Numbered from the stretch's first letter, positions 1-9,234 are shown. The stretch is DNA of 32,000 bases from Synechococcus sp. A15-28 (GCF_014280175.1 NZ_CP047931.1:1770001-1802000), one strand, 5' to 3'. The notes: generated by a model not told the origin, from the letters alone. Made by a program: numbers and translations.

Positions 1-566
1 GCTATCTGATCGGCAACATGCGCACCGGTCGACCGGACTTTCGCTTCTACAGCCTTGGCAATTCACTGGCGTGTCTGTTCGGTCTGCTGACGGCACCGCA
101 GCAACGCGCCCTCTTCCGCCTTGTGCAACACAACCGCCAGCATTTGATGGCACAGATGCCGATGCGCATCTGTCACCCCCCCATGGAAGGCGTGGAGTGG
201 GAGAACAAGACCGGATCAGATCCCAAGAACTGGCCCGGGAGCTATCACAACGGTGGGCACTGGCCAAGCTTGCTCTGGTACTTCGGGGGATCGATTCTTT
301 TGCACGAGCGGATCCACCCCCATGCGGACATGCTGCTGATGACGCAGATGAAAACGTTGGTGGAGGAGTGCTACTGGAGTCAGCTCAACCAGCTTCCCCG
401 CCAGCAGTGGGCTGAGTACTTCGATGGACCCACAGGAACCTGGGTTGGGCAGCAATCACGCACTTACCAAACCTGGACCATCGTCGGTTTCCTCCTGCAG
501 CATCATTTTCTCAGGGTTGAGCCCAACGACGTTCTGATGCTCAATCTGGACGCCGGATTGAACTAA
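1..566 (+). CDS. Alkaline/neutral invertase (GH100-like), C-terminal part; 5' end lies outside the window (reading frame starts at nt 3)
   Basis: The ORF is open to the window edge. Motifs YHNGGHWPSLLWYF and FRFYSLGNSLACLFGLL are typical of cyanobacterial/plant neutral invertases. Confidence 0.8.
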   Translation, partial: YLIGNMRTGRPDFRFYSLGNSLACLFGLLTAPQQRALFRLVQHNRQHLMAQMPMRICHPPMEGVEWENKTGSDPKNWPGSYHNGGHWPSLLWYFGGSILLHERIHPHADMLLMTQMKTLVEECYWSQLNQLPRQQWAEYFDGPTGTWVGQQSRTYQTWTIVGFLLQHHFLRVEPNDVLMLNLDAGLN

Positions 567-574
567 CCAATCAA

Positions 575-605
575 AAGACCCCAACTCCAGGGGAGTTGGG
601 GTCTT
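575..605. terminator. Bidirectional hairpin terminator between the convergent invertase and petD genes
   Basis: Perfect 14-bp stem aagaccccaactcc / ggagttggggtctt with a 3-nt loop (589-591). It has A-run/T-run flanks and sits in the 60-nt convergent spacer. Confidence 0.7.
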
Positions 606-626
606 GCGGTCCAAACAGATCTCAGC

Positions 627-1109
627 TCAGAAGAGGCCGAGAGTCAGCGACTTGTCGATGGGGAGCGCAGCACCGATGCCGAGGTAAATGGTGGTGGCAG
701 TACCGAACAGGAAGACCGTCATGGCCACGGGGCGACGGAATGGGTTCTGGAACTTATTGAAGCTCTCGATGAAAGGAACGAGCATCAAACCCAGTGGAAT
801 CAGAGTCTGCAGAGCGATTCCGAGGAGTTTGTTCGGAACGACGCGAAGAATCTGGAAGACGGGGTAGAGGTACCACTCGGGGAGAATCTCCAGTGGTGTA
901 GCGAAGGGATCAGCCTTGTCGGCCAGCATCGCTGGATCGAGCACGGCAAGACCCACAATGCAGGAGATGGTTCCGAGGATGACGACCGGGAAGATGTAGA
1001 GCAGGTCGTTCGGCCAGGCAGGCTCTCCGTAGTAGTTGTGGCCCATGCCCTTGGCGAGCTTGGCGCGCATTTTGGGGTCGGAGAGATCAGGCTTCTTGAG
1101 GATGTGCAT
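627..1109 (-). CDS. petD: Cytochrome b6-f complex subunit IV
   Basis: 160 aa. The sequence [43 protein letters not shown]... is the canonical PetD sequence, and the gene sits directly downstream of petB. Confidence 0.97.
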   Translation of the reverse strand: MHILKKPDLSDPKMRAKLAKGMGHNYYGEPAWPNDLLYIFPVVILGTISCIVGLAVLDPAMLADKADPFATPLEILPEWYLYPVFQILRVVPNKLLGIALQTLIPLGLMLVPFIESFNKFQNPFRRPVAMTVFLFGTATTIYLGIGAALPIDKSLTLGLF

Positions 1110-1148
1110 CGATAAGTCCAGGTGTTGGGTTAACAGTAGGAACGAAGA

Positions 1149-1805
1149 TCACAAGGGACCAGAAATGCCCTGCTTCCGAATCATCAGGAAGTGCATAAGC
1201 ATGAACACCGCGAGGAGCCAGGGCATCACGAAGGTGTGCAGGCTGTAGAAGCGTGTGAGGGTTGACTGTCCGACGCTCTCGCCACCTCGGAGAAGCTCAA
1301 CCATGAAGTCGCCCACAACGGGGATGGCAGCCGGAACACCAGAAACAATCTTGACGGCCCAGTAACCGACCTGATCCCAGGGAAGGGAGTAGCCGGTGAC
1401 ACCGAAGGAAACCGTGATCACAGCCATGGTCACGCCGGTGACCCAGGTGAGCTCACGGGGGCGCTTGAAACCACCGGTGAGATACACACGGAACACATGG
1501 AGGATCAGCATGAGCACCATCATCGAGGCGCTCCAGCGATGAACCGAACGAATCAGCCAGCCGAAGCTGACATCCGTCATCAGGTACTGAACAGAGGAAT
1601 AAGCCTCGGCAACCGTTGGCTTGTAATAGAAGGTCATCGCGAACCCAGTCGCGAACTGAATCAGGAAGCAGACCAGGGTGATGCCGCCCAGGCAATAGAA
1701 AATGTTGACGTGGGGCGGCACGTATTTGGTGCTGATGTCATCAGCAATGTCCTGGATCTCCAGACGTTCCTGGAACCAGTCGTAAACAGGGGATGAGTTC
1801 GCCAT
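1149..1805 (-). CDS. petB: Cytochrome b6
   Basis: [23 protein letters not shown]...[14 protein letters not shown] is canonical cytochrome b6. The ATG is at 1805; the ORF-track start at 1811 is an upstream TTG. Confidence 0.97.
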   Translation of the reverse strand: MANSSPVYDWFQERLEIQDIADDISTKYVPPHVNIFYCLGGITLVCFLIQFATGFAMTFYYKPTVAEAYSSVQYLMTDVSFGWLIRSVHRWSASMMVLMLILHVFRVYLTGGFKRPRELTWVTGVTMAVITVSFGVTGYSLPWDQVGYWAVKIVSGVPAAIPVVGDFMVELLRGGESVGQSTLTRFYSLHTFVMPWLLAVFMLMHFLMIRKQGISGPL

Positions 1806-1872
1806 GCACAAGCGGGCTCGGGTTGCGAAAGTCTACGCAGCTCGCTTCTGCCCAGGAGCCGACACGACCGTG

Positions 1873-3150
1873 ATGTATCCAACTGTTAACGATCCCTCAG
1901 AAGGCCTGCGGGAGAAGCGTTCTCACTGGGTCAAGGCCCTCTTTGTCCTGATCCTCGGACTGTTTTTGACCCTTGGTAGCCCCCATTCCGCCACGGCGCT
2001 GAGCGATACCCAGCAGTTGGTGGTGGATAGCTGGCGGCTGGTCAATCAGGGCTATCTGGATCCCGACCACCTCGATGCCGTGCGCTGGCGACGTCAACGC
2101 CAGAAGGCGCTGGAGAAAAGCATCGTCAGCAGCGAAGACGCCTACGGCGCCATCGAAGGAATGCTCTCAGCCCTGGATGACCCCTACACCCGTCTGCTGC
2201 GCCCGGACGATTACGCCGCACTGAAGGACAGCACCAGCGGCAACCTCAGCGGCGTCGGCCTGCAGCTTGGGCCGTCCGACCAGTCCGATCGGGTTGTGGT
2301 GATCTCTGCCCTCGATGGATCTCCCGCCTCGGATGCCGAGCTCATGACCGGCACCCCCATCGTTGCTGTGGACGGCACACCGGTGACGGAGCTGGGGCTC
2401 GAGGGCACAGCGGCAGCTCTTCGAGGTGACGTGGGAACCCAGGTGGTTCTGAGCATCGAAGCGGCCGATGGTTCCACCGACGAGGTCACCCTGGAGCGAC
2501 GCAGCGTGGACCTGCGCCCGGTTCGGACGCGGCGACTGCGCAGCGATGACCACACCTTCGGCTATCTGCGTATCACCCAATTCACCGATGGCGTTCCTGA
2601 ACAGGTTCAGCAGGCGCTGGAGGAACTTCAGGACAAAAACATCGAAGGTTTGCTGCTGGACCTGCGCAACAACTCGGGAGGTCTGGTGAGTTCCGGTCTG
2701 GCTGTTGCAGACGACTTCCTCGCCGGCGGCACCATCGTGGAAACCCGTAACCGGGATGGGATTGATGACGCCATCGGCGCCAACCCCTTCACCCTTTACG
2801 ACGGTCCAATGCTGACGCTGGTGAACGGAGGCACAGCCAGCGCCAGTGAAATTCTGGCGGGGGCCCTGCAGGACAACGGACGCTCCACACTGCTTGGCCA
2901 TCAAACCTTCGGCAAAGGTCTGATCCAGACCCTGACCAACCTGAGTGATGGAAGTGGCCTGGCGGTGACGGTGGCCGGCTATGTCACCCCCAGCGGACAT
3001 GACATCCAGGGCGAGGGGATTGCGCCGGACCGACAGCTCTCCGATCCAGAACCCCTGGCACCCGGTGCTGAAGGAGACCGTTGGATCAGCGAAGCCGAGC
3101 AGTGGATGGAAGCGCTGCTGGAGCAATCGCCGGACGTCACCGCCGAATGA
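1873..3150 (+). CDS. Carboxyl-terminal processing protease (S41 family, PDZ + peptidase domains)
   Basis: N-terminal TM/signal segment ALFVLILGLFLTLG. Motifs LDDPYTRLL, GYLRITQF, LLLDLRNNSGG, LVNGGTASASEI and GKGLIQT. I chose the start at ATG 1873 because ATG 1804 would overlap the petB start. Confidence 0.9.
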   Translation: MYPTVNDPSEGLREKRSHWVKALFVLILGLFLTLGSPHSATALSDTQQLVVDSWRLVNQGYLDPDHLDAVRWRRQRQKALEKSIVSSEDAYGAIEGMLSALDDPYTRLLRPDDYAALKDSTSGNLSGVGLQLGPSDQSDRVVVISALDGSPASDAELMTGTPIVAVDGTPVTELGLEGTAAALRGDVGTQVVLSIEAADGSTDEVTLERRSVDLRPVRTRRLRSDDHTFGYLRITQFTDGVPEQVQQALEELQDKNIEGLLLDLRNNSGGLVSSGLAVADDFLAGGTIVETRNRDGIDDAIGANPFTLYDGPMLTLVNGGTASASEILAGALQDNGRSTLLGHQTFGKGLIQTLTNLSDGSGLAVTVAGYVTPSGHDIQGEGIAPDRQLSDPEPLAPGAEGDRWISEAEQWMEALLEQSPDVTAE

Positions 3151-4418
3151 GTCAACGCACGTATCACGACCCACTCCATCGCGGCATCCAGCTGGACCAC
3201 CAACGGCCCGGCGAAGCCATGGTGATGGCCCTGGTGGAGACAGCCCCCTTTCAACGTCTGCGCAGGGTCCGACAACTGGGACCAGCGTTCCTGACCTTTC
3301 ATGGAGCGGAATCGAGCCGATTCACCCATTCGCTCGGGGTCTTCCACCTGGCCAGGCAGGCCTTTGAGCGCCTGTTGAAACTGGACCCGGCTCTCGAGCC
3401 CCATCGGCCTCTGCTGTATGCAGCTGCCCTCCTGCATGACATCGGCCATGGCCCCCTTAGCCACACCGGTGAGGAAATGTTCGGCCTCCATCACGAAAGC
3501 TGGTCGGCTCGAATCATTCAGAACCATCCCCAGATTCAGACCTGCCTGGAGCAGGAGCAACCAGGCACGGCAAACGCAGTCGCGACCCTCCTCGAACACC
3601 ACCAGGCACCCCATCCCGTGGTGAAACGGCTGGTCAGCAGCCAGTTGGACTGTGACCGGCTGGATTACCTTCTCAGAGACAGCTACAGCACCGGAACCCG
3701 CTACGGCCAACTGGATCTGGAGCGAATCATGGCGGGCCTCACCTTGTCCCCCGACGGGGATCTGGCCATCCATCCCAAGGGACTGATGGCCGTTGAGCAT
3801 TACCTGGTGGTGCGCAACCTGATGTACCGCAGCGTCTACAACCATCGCCTGAACGTGGTGTGCAACTGGTTGCTGGAGCGGTTGGTGCGCCTGGCCCGCC
3901 AGCTCGGACCCGACCTCGTCTGGGCTGATGGCGTGATGCAGCGCTGGCTTTGGAACAGCGAAGAACTCGACCTGGACAGTTTTCTGGCCAACGACGACGT
4001 CCGCACCGGGTATCACCTGCAGCGATGGCAGGAGGAGGGTCCTCCAGCGCTGGCCAGCCTCTGCCGCCGCTTCCGGGAACGGGATCTGCTCAAGGCCACG
4101 GCCGTGACACAGCTCACCCGCGAGGAGCAGCTGCAGGCCCTGGCGGTCGCCGGGCGGCTGGCCGAACAACGGGGTATCGATGCCTCCCTCAGCTGTGGAC
4201 TGCGTCATCAGGAACTGAGGGGCTATCACCCCTATCGCGGGGGACTCAGGCTCTGGGATGGGCAGCGGATGCAAGCCCTGGAGGAGGCGTCCCCCCTGGT
4301 GGCCAGCCTTGCCACCCCTGCTGCCACCTCATGGCTGATTCATCCCCGGGAGATCCAGAAGGAGCTGAAGTCAGCGATGGACGTTGAATGGGGCTCAACC
4401 TTGACGTCCGCCCGGTGA
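3147..4418 (+). CDS. HD-domain phosphohydrolase, dGTPase/SAMHD1-like (COG1078-type)
   Basis: Motifs RFTHSLGVFHLA, AALLHDIGHGPLSH and QLDCDRLDYLLRDSYSTG. ATG 3147 overlaps the protease stop (ATGA). Confidence 0.85.
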   Translation: MSQRTYHDPLHRGIQLDHQRPGEAMVMALVETAPFQRLRRVRQLGPAFLTFHGAESSRFTHSLGVFHLARQAFERLLKLDPALEPHRPLLYAAALLHDIGHGPLSHTGEEMFGLHHESWSARIIQNHPQIQTCLEQEQPGTANAVATLLEHHQAPHPVVKRLVSSQLDCDRLDYLLRDSYSTGTRYGQLDLERIMAGLTLSPDGDLAIHPKGLMAVEHYLVVRNLMYRSVYNHRLNVVCNWLLERLVRLARQLGPDLVWADGVMQRWLWNSEELDLDSFLANDDVRTGYHLQRWQEEGPPALASLCRRFRERDLLKATAVTQLTREEQLQALAVAGRLAEQRGIDASLSCGLRHQELRGYHPYRGGLRLWDGQRMQALEEASPLVASLATPAATSWLIHPREIQKELKSAMDVEWGSTLTSAR

Positions 4419-5047
4419 TGACGCTTCACCTCCCGGATCGCCATCTTCAGCACTGGCGGGATGCGCTGCCAGCCCTGCTGACCGCGTGCCCCTTGGGGCA
4501 GCTCGATCTTCACTGCGGAGACTGGTCGCTGACCTGCAGTGACCTCAGAGATCTGCAACGGATGCTGGAGGACTCCGGTCGTCAGATCCGCCGGTTGCAC
4601 GCGATGAACACGGAAACCGTGGTGAGTGCGACGGCGATCGGACTGGATGGTCAGCTTTGTGAACATCTTTCCCCTGAAGAGACAAAGCAATCCCCGCCTC
4701 CAGGGAGCCTGACGGTTCATCAGGGAACCCTCCGCTCCGGGGATCACCTCCAGAGTGATGGAAGTCTGCTGGTGGTTGGCGACGTCAACCCTGGAGCGCG
4801 GATCAGTGCAGCCGGAGATGTGATGGTTTGGGGCCGTTTGCGGGGGGTCGCCCATGCGGGCAGGGACGGTGCAACCGCAGCGCGAATTGTGTCGATGCAT
4901 CTGAGGCCGCTGCAACTGCGAATCGCTTATGTGGTGGCGCGCGGTCCGGAGGATCAACCGGTGACCGGCATGGCGGAGCAGGCGCGTCTGGTGGATGGCG
5001 AGATCGTGATTGAGCCGGCCCAGACCCAGGCGCCTGCCATGGCCTGA
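4388..5047 (+). CDS. minC: Septum site-determining protein MinC
   Basis: The C-terminal beta-helix motif GTLRSGDHLQSDGSLLVVGDVNPGARISAAGDVMVWGRLRGVAHAG is present, and the gene lies upstream of minD-minE. An alternative start at ATG 4418 overlaps the HD-gene stop (TGATG). Confidence 0.85.
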   Translation: MGLNLDVRPVMTLHLPDRHLQHWRDALPALLTACPLGQLDLHCGDWSLTCSDLRDLQRMLEDSGRQIRRLHAMNTETVVSATAIGLDGQLCEHLSPEETKQSPPPGSLTVHQGTLRSGDHLQSDGSLLVVGDVNPGARISAAGDVMVWGRLRGVAHAGRDGATAARIVSMHLRPLQLRIAYVVARGPEDQPVTGMAEQARLVDGEIVIEPAQTQAPAMA

Positions 5048-5102
5048 TCGGTTGTCACCTGCAACACGCTGCCTATCGTAATCAGACCTTTGTGATGACC
5101 TC

Positions 5103-5915
5103 GTGTCGACGACGCGAACAATCCTGATCTGCTCGGGCAAGGGCGGCGTCGGCAAGACCACAACAACAGCCAACCTCGGCATCGCCCTGGCCCGCCGAGG
5201 GGCCAGCACCGTCGTGCTGGATGCGGATTTCGGTCTGCGCAACCTTGACCTTCTTCTTGGACTGGAGAACCGCATCGTCTACACCGCCCAGGAGGTCTTG
5301 GCGGAGACCTGCAGGCTGGAGCAGGCCCTGGTGAAACACAAACAGGAGCCGAATCTGGCGTTGCTCCCAGCCGGCAACCCACGCATGCTCGAGTGGCTGA
5401 CTCCCAAGGACATGCAGGCGATCGTGGCGCTTCTGGAGGAGCGCTTTGATTACGTGCTGATCGACTGCCCAGCAGGGATCGAAGATGGCTTCAAGAATGC
5501 AGCCGCTGCGGCCAGGGAGGCCGTGGTGGTGACGACACCGGAGGTGGCTGCCGTCCGTGATGCCGACCGCGTCATCGGACTGCTGAACACCCAGGGGGTT
5601 TCTCCGGTGCAGCTGGTCTTGAACAGAGTCAGGCCAAAGATGATGACCACCCAGGAGATGCTGTCGGTGGACGATGTCACGGACATCCTGGCGCTGCCAC
5701 TGCTCGGTCTGGTGTTTGAAGACGAGCAGGTGATTGTGAGCACCAACCGCGGCGAACCCCTCACCCTTGGCTCTGCCAGTTCCCCTGCGGCCCAGGCCTA
5801 CATCAACATCGCCGGACGCCTTCAGGGTGAGGACATTCCTCTGATGGATCCTTCCAAGGCCCGTCAGGGACTGCGCGCCAAGATGCGCAGGCTGATGCAA
5901 ACCAAGATCTTCTGA
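5103..5915 (+). CDS. minD: Septum site-determining ATPase MinD
   Basis: Deviant Walker A motif [12 protein letters not shown]. The C-terminal amphipathic helix [13 protein letters not shown] is present. GTG start. Confidence 0.97.
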   Translation: MSTTRTILICSGKGGVGKTTTTANLGIALARRGASTVVLDADFGLRNLDLLLGLENRIVYTAQEVLAETCRLEQALVKHKQEPNLALLPAGNPRMLEWLTPKDMQAIVALLEERFDYVLIDCPAGIEDGFKNAAAAAREAVVVTTPEVAAVRDADRVIGLLNTQGVSPVQLVLNRVRPKMMTTQEMLSVDDVTDILALPLLGLVFEDEQVIVSTNRGEPLTLGSASSPAAQAYINIAGRLQGEDIPLMDPSKARQGLRAKMRRLMQTKIF

Positions 5916-5919
5916 ACCG

Positions 5920-6180
5920 ATGACCCTGCAAGATCTGATCGACAAACTGCTGGGGCGTCAGCCTGCGAGTGCCGACACAGCCCGTCAGCGCCTGCAGCTT
6001 GTGCTGGCCCATGACCGCAGTGATCTCAACCCGGAATTGTTGGATCAAATGAGGCGCGAGATTCTGGAGGTGGTGTCCCGCTATGTGGAGATCGACCTTT
6101 CCGAAGGCGATGTCAGTCTTGAAACCGAGGATCGTGTCACCGCCCTGGTGGCCAATCTGCCCATTCGCCGCACCCTCTGA
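5920..6180 (+). CDS. minE: Cell division topological specificity factor MinE
   Basis: 86 aa, 4 nt after minD. The sequence [38 protein letters not shown] is typical MinE. Confidence 0.93.
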   Translation: MTLQDLIDKLLGRQPASADTARQRLQLVLAHDRSDLNPELLDQMRREILEVVSRYVEIDLSEGDVSLETEDRVTALVANLPIRRTL

Positions 6181-6229
6181 TCCGTTTCGGCCCGGCCCGG
6201 GGAATGCTTCTGTCAATCGACGATGATGC

Positions 6230-6439
6230 ATGCTCTCCGACATTCCCCTCACCCCTGCTGAACAGCGGGTGAGCGCCCTGCTTCTGCAAGGCCTCAGCAA
6301 TCGCGCCATCGCAGAGCGACTGGTGATCAGCCACCGCACGGTGGAATGCCACATCAGCCGGGCCCTGGCCAAAACCGGTTGTGTCAACCGGCTGGAACTG
6401 GCGCTGCGGATGCTTACGATGCCCTCATCGCCGGCTTAG
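6230..6439 (+). CDS. Stand-alone LuxR/GerE-type helix-turn-helix protein (69 aa, no receiver or ligand domain)
   Basis: LTPAEQRVSALLLQGLSNRAIAERLVISHRTVECHISRALAKTG is a complete GerE-type HTH. The last 10 nt, including the stop codon, overlap tRNA-Thr. Confidence 0.75.
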   Translation: MLSDIPLTPAEQRVSALLLQGLSNRAIAERLVISHRTVECHISRALAKTGCVNRLELALRMLTMPSSPA

Positions 6440-6501
6440 CTCAGCGGTAGAGCAGCGCTTTTGTAAAGCGAAGGTCATCGGTTCAAATCCGTTAGCCGGC
6501 T
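6430..6501 (+). tRNA. tRNA-Thr (anticodon UGU)
   Basis: Hand-folded cloverleaf. Acceptor gccggct/agccggc, D arm gctc-agcggta-gagc, anticodon loop tt-TGT-aa, T arm atcgg-ttcaaat-ccgtt. No encoded CCA. Confidence 0.9.
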
Positions 6502-6510
6502 TCCGAGTGT

Positions 6511-6684
6511 TCAAGCCCCAGGAGTCTCCCCCTGGCGGCCAGACACAAGCCAAAGCACTGATGGCAGGACGATCCAGCCCAGCCATCCGAGGCTGAGGAC
6601 TGCTGTCAGAACAGCTTCCAGAGGTTTCAGCAACCAATGGATCAAACCCATCAGCAGCAGGATGCTCCCAATCAGCGTGGTCAT
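6511..6684 (-). CDS. Candidate small membrane protein (57 aa, two hydrophobic segments), not in the ORF track
   Basis: My translation is MTTLIGSILLLMGLIHWLLKPLEAVLTAVLSLGWLGWIVLPSVLWLVSGRQGETPGA. Its ATG overlaps the tsaC stop (ATGA at 6681-6684). Third codon positions are GC-rich like the neighbouring genes. Confidence 0.4.
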   Translation of the reverse strand: MTTLIGSILLLMGLIHWLLKPLEAVLTAVLSLGWLGWIVLPSVLWLVSGRQGETPGA

Positions 6685-7286
6685 CCGCCTTCGGCAATCC
6701 CCTCAGGCATCACAGCACCTCGGCGCACCACATTCCAACGTCCTGAGGCCGACCAACTGAACACCGTGCTGGCCTGTCCCGAAGGAGGGGACCAGGGTTG
6801 CGGTCCCAGCTGGGGGAGATCAGGGAAATAGAGCGCAGCCTGCTCCGGTGTCATGGCCGCAGGATCGCCGGAAGGATTTGCACTGCTGGTGGCCAGGGGA
6901 CCGGTGCGTTGCAGCAGCTCACGGCTCTGATCACAGTTGGGAATACGGAGCCCAAGACTGGTCCCACCTGGGTTCAGCGCTTCCAAGACATCCCCATGGG
7001 CAGGAAGCACCAGCGTCAGCGCTCCAGGCCAATGCTGCTCAGCCAGCCGGCGAGCATCGTCGCGGCACGCCGGCTGGACATGGTGCAGCAACACCTCGAC
7101 GGAAGCCCCCATCAGGATCAGGGGTTTATCGGCAGGCCTGCGCTTCAGTCGCCAGATGGCATCGGCATGCTTCGGAGCGATGGCCAGTCCCGGCACGGTG
7201 TCGGTGGGAATCACCGCAGCGCCCCCTGCAAGGAGGTGGCTTGCCAGCTGTTCAGAGCTCAGCACCCTGGCTGCATGGCTGGTCAT
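6681..7286 (-). CDS. tsaC: L-threonylcarbamoyladenylate synthase (Sua5/YrdC/YciO family)
   Basis: Motifs VIPTDTVPGLAI, KRRPADKPLILM, WPGALTLVLP, LGLRIP and ATSSANPSG. The start overlaps the prmC stop (ATGA). Confidence 0.87.
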   Translation of the reverse strand: MTSHAARVLSSEQLASHLLAGGAAVIPTDTVPGLAIAPKHADAIWRLKRRPADKPLILMGASVEVLLHHVQPACRDDARRLAEQHWPGALTLVLPAHGDVLEALNPGGTSLGLRIPNCDQSRELLQRTGPLATSSANPSGDPAAMTPEQAALYFPDLPQLGPQPWSPPSGQASTVFSWSASGRWNVVRRGAVMPEGIAEGG

Positions 7287-8173
7287 GACGGATGGGAACG
7301 CGACCGGCAGGCCATGGCGAAGCGCTTGATGCCCTCCAGATCTTGGGCTGCACGGATCGAGGTCAACCCGGCCTCCTTCAACAGTTCGAGCACCGAATCA
7401 CTCTGATCATGGTGATGCTCAATCAGGATCCACCCTGCTGGGGCCAATGCACGACAAGCTCCGGCCACAACCTCGCGGATCGCATGCAGACCGTCGATTC
7501 CGCCGGCTAAGGCCAGATGGGGTTCATGGTCACGGACCACGGAATCGAGGTTGTGGATCAACTCCGAAGGGATGTACGGGGGGTTGCACACCACAAGATC
7601 AAGGCGTCCCCACCACGGCTCCAATGGGTCCCACCAACGGCCCTGATGCAGATGCCACCTTCCCTTGGGAGCCAAAGCCTCAAGATTGGTCCTGGCTAAG
7701 GCCAGGGCATCGGCGCTGAGATCCACGGCATGTCCTGGGGTCGAGGGCATCGCCCGACTCAGGGCAACGGCAATGGCTCCGGAGCCTGTCCCCAGATCCG
7801 CCCAACGTCCAACGGACATCCCGGCGACCGCCTTCAACGCAAGGTCCACCAGCACTTCCGTTTCCTGGCGTGGAATCAGGGCTGCGGCCGACACCGCGAG
7901 TTCAACATCGCGCCAGGGACAGCGACCCACAAGATGCTGCAGAGGTATGGCCTGGTCGAGGTGCAGTCCCCAGATCTGCTCGAGTTCCTGTAGCGCAACC
8001 TTGAGCTGCACCATCTGCTGCGGCTCCACCAGTAGGCGCTGGAGAGACGACCAGGACAGGCCACCGGCGAGGTCCAGAAGCCAGTCGAAATCAACCCGAC
8101 GACCTCCTCGCTTGAGCTGCAGACGACGCCAATTGAGCAGCGAAGCACCCTCCAGCAGCTGGGCGGTGGTCAC
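7283..8173 (-). CDS. prmC: Peptide chain release factor N5-glutamine methyltransferase
   Basis: SAM motif DLGTGSGAIAV and catalytic motif VVCNPPYIP. The GTG start overlaps the dprA stop (GTGA). Confidence 0.9.
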   Translation of the reverse strand: MTTAQLLEGASLLNWRRLQLKRGGRRVDFDWLLDLAGGLSWSSLQRLLVEPQQMVQLKVALQELEQIWGLHLDQAIPLQHLVGRCPWRDVELAVSAAALIPRQETEVLVDLALKAVAGMSVGRWADLGTGSGAIAVALSRAMPSTPGHAVDLSADALALARTNLEALAPKGRWHLHQGRWWDPLEPWWGRLDLVVCNPPYIPSELIHNLDSVVRDHEPHLALAGGIDGLHAIREVVAGACRALAPAGWILIEHHHDQSDSVLELLKEAGLTSIRAAQDLEGIKRFAMACRSRSHPS

Positions 8174-9234
8174 GGCCGACAGGGCTTCCAGAGAAATCCA
8201 GACTCACACACCACCTGCCCAGCCAGTTCAAGGTCGAGCAGTTCGCTGGCCAGGCGACCGGCCGGCAGCTGGAGGGTCTGTTCAAGCTGCTCGATGGAGG
8301 CCCCCGCTCCCAGAGCCTTCACCAAGGCGGGAGCCGTGTCATTGACCTGATGGCAGGGGCCTGGGCCGAGGTGCTCCACCAGCTCTTGCGGTGAGAGCAA
8401 GGGGGCAGCCGCGTTCTGCAGAAGCCTGTTGCTGCCGCGGCTGGACCAACGCCCCGCATCCCCAGGGACGACCCAGACAGGACACTGTTGCTCTGCAGCG
8501 AGACGCGCTGAGATCAACGCCCCGCTGCGATCGGGACACTCCACCACCACCAGAGCGCAGGAAAGACTCACCAACAGACGGTTCCTGGCGGCGAAGTGAC
8601 CTGGCTGAACGGACTCACCCGGCCTGCGTTCGCTCAACAACAAACCCTTTTGAGCGACCTCCTCCTGCAGCGCGTGGTGATGCCGCGGATACACACGATC
8701 CAGCGGTGTGCCCAGCACAGCAACAAGGACGCCACCAGCGGCGAGGCAACCACGGTGGGCGGCCGCATCAATCCCCTCCGCCAGCCCACTGACCACGGGC
8801 CAGCCGGCTCCAGCCAGAACCGTGCCCAGATGTTCCGCCATGCGAAGACCATGATCTGAGGCGGCACGGGTTCCGACCACAGCCACAGCACGGTTCTGAC
8901 CAAGACAAGCGAGCACATCGGCTCGCCCCTGTTGATGGAGCACCAGCGGAGGCCGATCAAGCCGGTTCAAGCCGCATGGCCAGTCCTGATCCAGGGGGGT
9001 CAGAACATGGTTCGGGATCTTGAGCTGGGGGCTCGCGCCCTGCTGCTGCCGATAACGCTCGACTTTGTCGAGGAGGGAGTCAGGCCAGGACAGCACCAGA
9101 GCAAGGCGCTCCCGGGACCATGTCCAGCAGTCGTCGAGCCCCACGCCGTGCTCCACAGCAGCGTCCTGGAGCGCCGCCATCCGCGATGAACCGATACCCG
9201 GACAACCACTCCAGGCCCACCACCATCCGCGCAT
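8170..9234 (-). CDS. dprA: DNA-processing protein DprA (Smf)
   Basis: Rossmann core VAVVGTRAASDHGLRMAEHLGTVLAGAGWPVVSGLAEGIDAAAHRGCL and RNRLLVSLSCALVVVE...SGALISA. The start is uncertain; an alternative ATG is at 9180. Confidence 0.88.
   Translation of the reverse strand: MRGWWWAWSGCPGIGSSRMAALQDAAVEHGVGLDDCWTWSRERLALVLSWPDSLLDKVERYRQQQGASPQLKIPNHVLTPLDQDWPCGLNRLDRPPLVLHQQGRADVLACLGQNRAVAVVGTRAASDHGLRMAEHLGTVLAGAGWPVVSGLAEGIDAAAHRGCLAAGGVLVAVLGTPLDRVYPRHHHALQEEVAQKGLLLSERRPGESVQPGHFAARNRLLVSLSCALVVVECPDRSGALISARLAAEQQCPVWVVPGDAGRWSSRGSNRLLQNAAAPLLSPQELVEHLGPGPCHQVNDTAPALVKALGAGASIEQLEQTLQLPAGRLASELLDLELAGQVVCESGFLWKPCRP

Noticed and set aside
2979-4274. Long antisense or alternative-frame ORFs throughout the high-GC part. 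Examples: 2979-4274(-) 431 aa, 2167-3174(-), 4340-5275(-), 5082-5945(-), 7665-8345(+), 9634-10584(+), 11913-12590(-), 13690-14727(-), 15904-17076(-), 17138-18208(-).
   Set aside because: Each lies opposite to, or out of frame with, a gene that has unmistakable family motifs (HD hydrolase, protease, minC/D, prmC, USP, psbB, rpsA, metK, FGGY kinase). Their translations are R/G/A/P-rich and low in complexity, as expected for stop-poor shadow frames in GC-rich DNA.
3147-4418. HD/dGTPase-like gene as a stand-alone anti-phage dNTP-depletion system.
   Set aside because: It is chained by overlapping codons into a housekeeping operon (protease, minCDE) in core-like GC context. There are no neighbouring defence or mobile genes.
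6425-6697. 90-aa minus-strand ORF from the track, overlapping tRNA-Thr.
   Set aside because: It runs antisense through the tRNA gene and has shadow-frame composition. The hydrophobic 57-aa frame at 6511-6684, coupled to tsaC, is the more plausible reading of this interval.
6430-7286. A possible functional link between tsaC (t6A37 synthesis) and the adjacent convergent tRNA-Thr(UGU), which is a t6A substrate with A37.
   Set aside because: Adjacency of one tRNA gene to a general tRNA-modification gene is most simply coincidence. Nothing in the sequence (shared promoter, attenuator) supports regulation.
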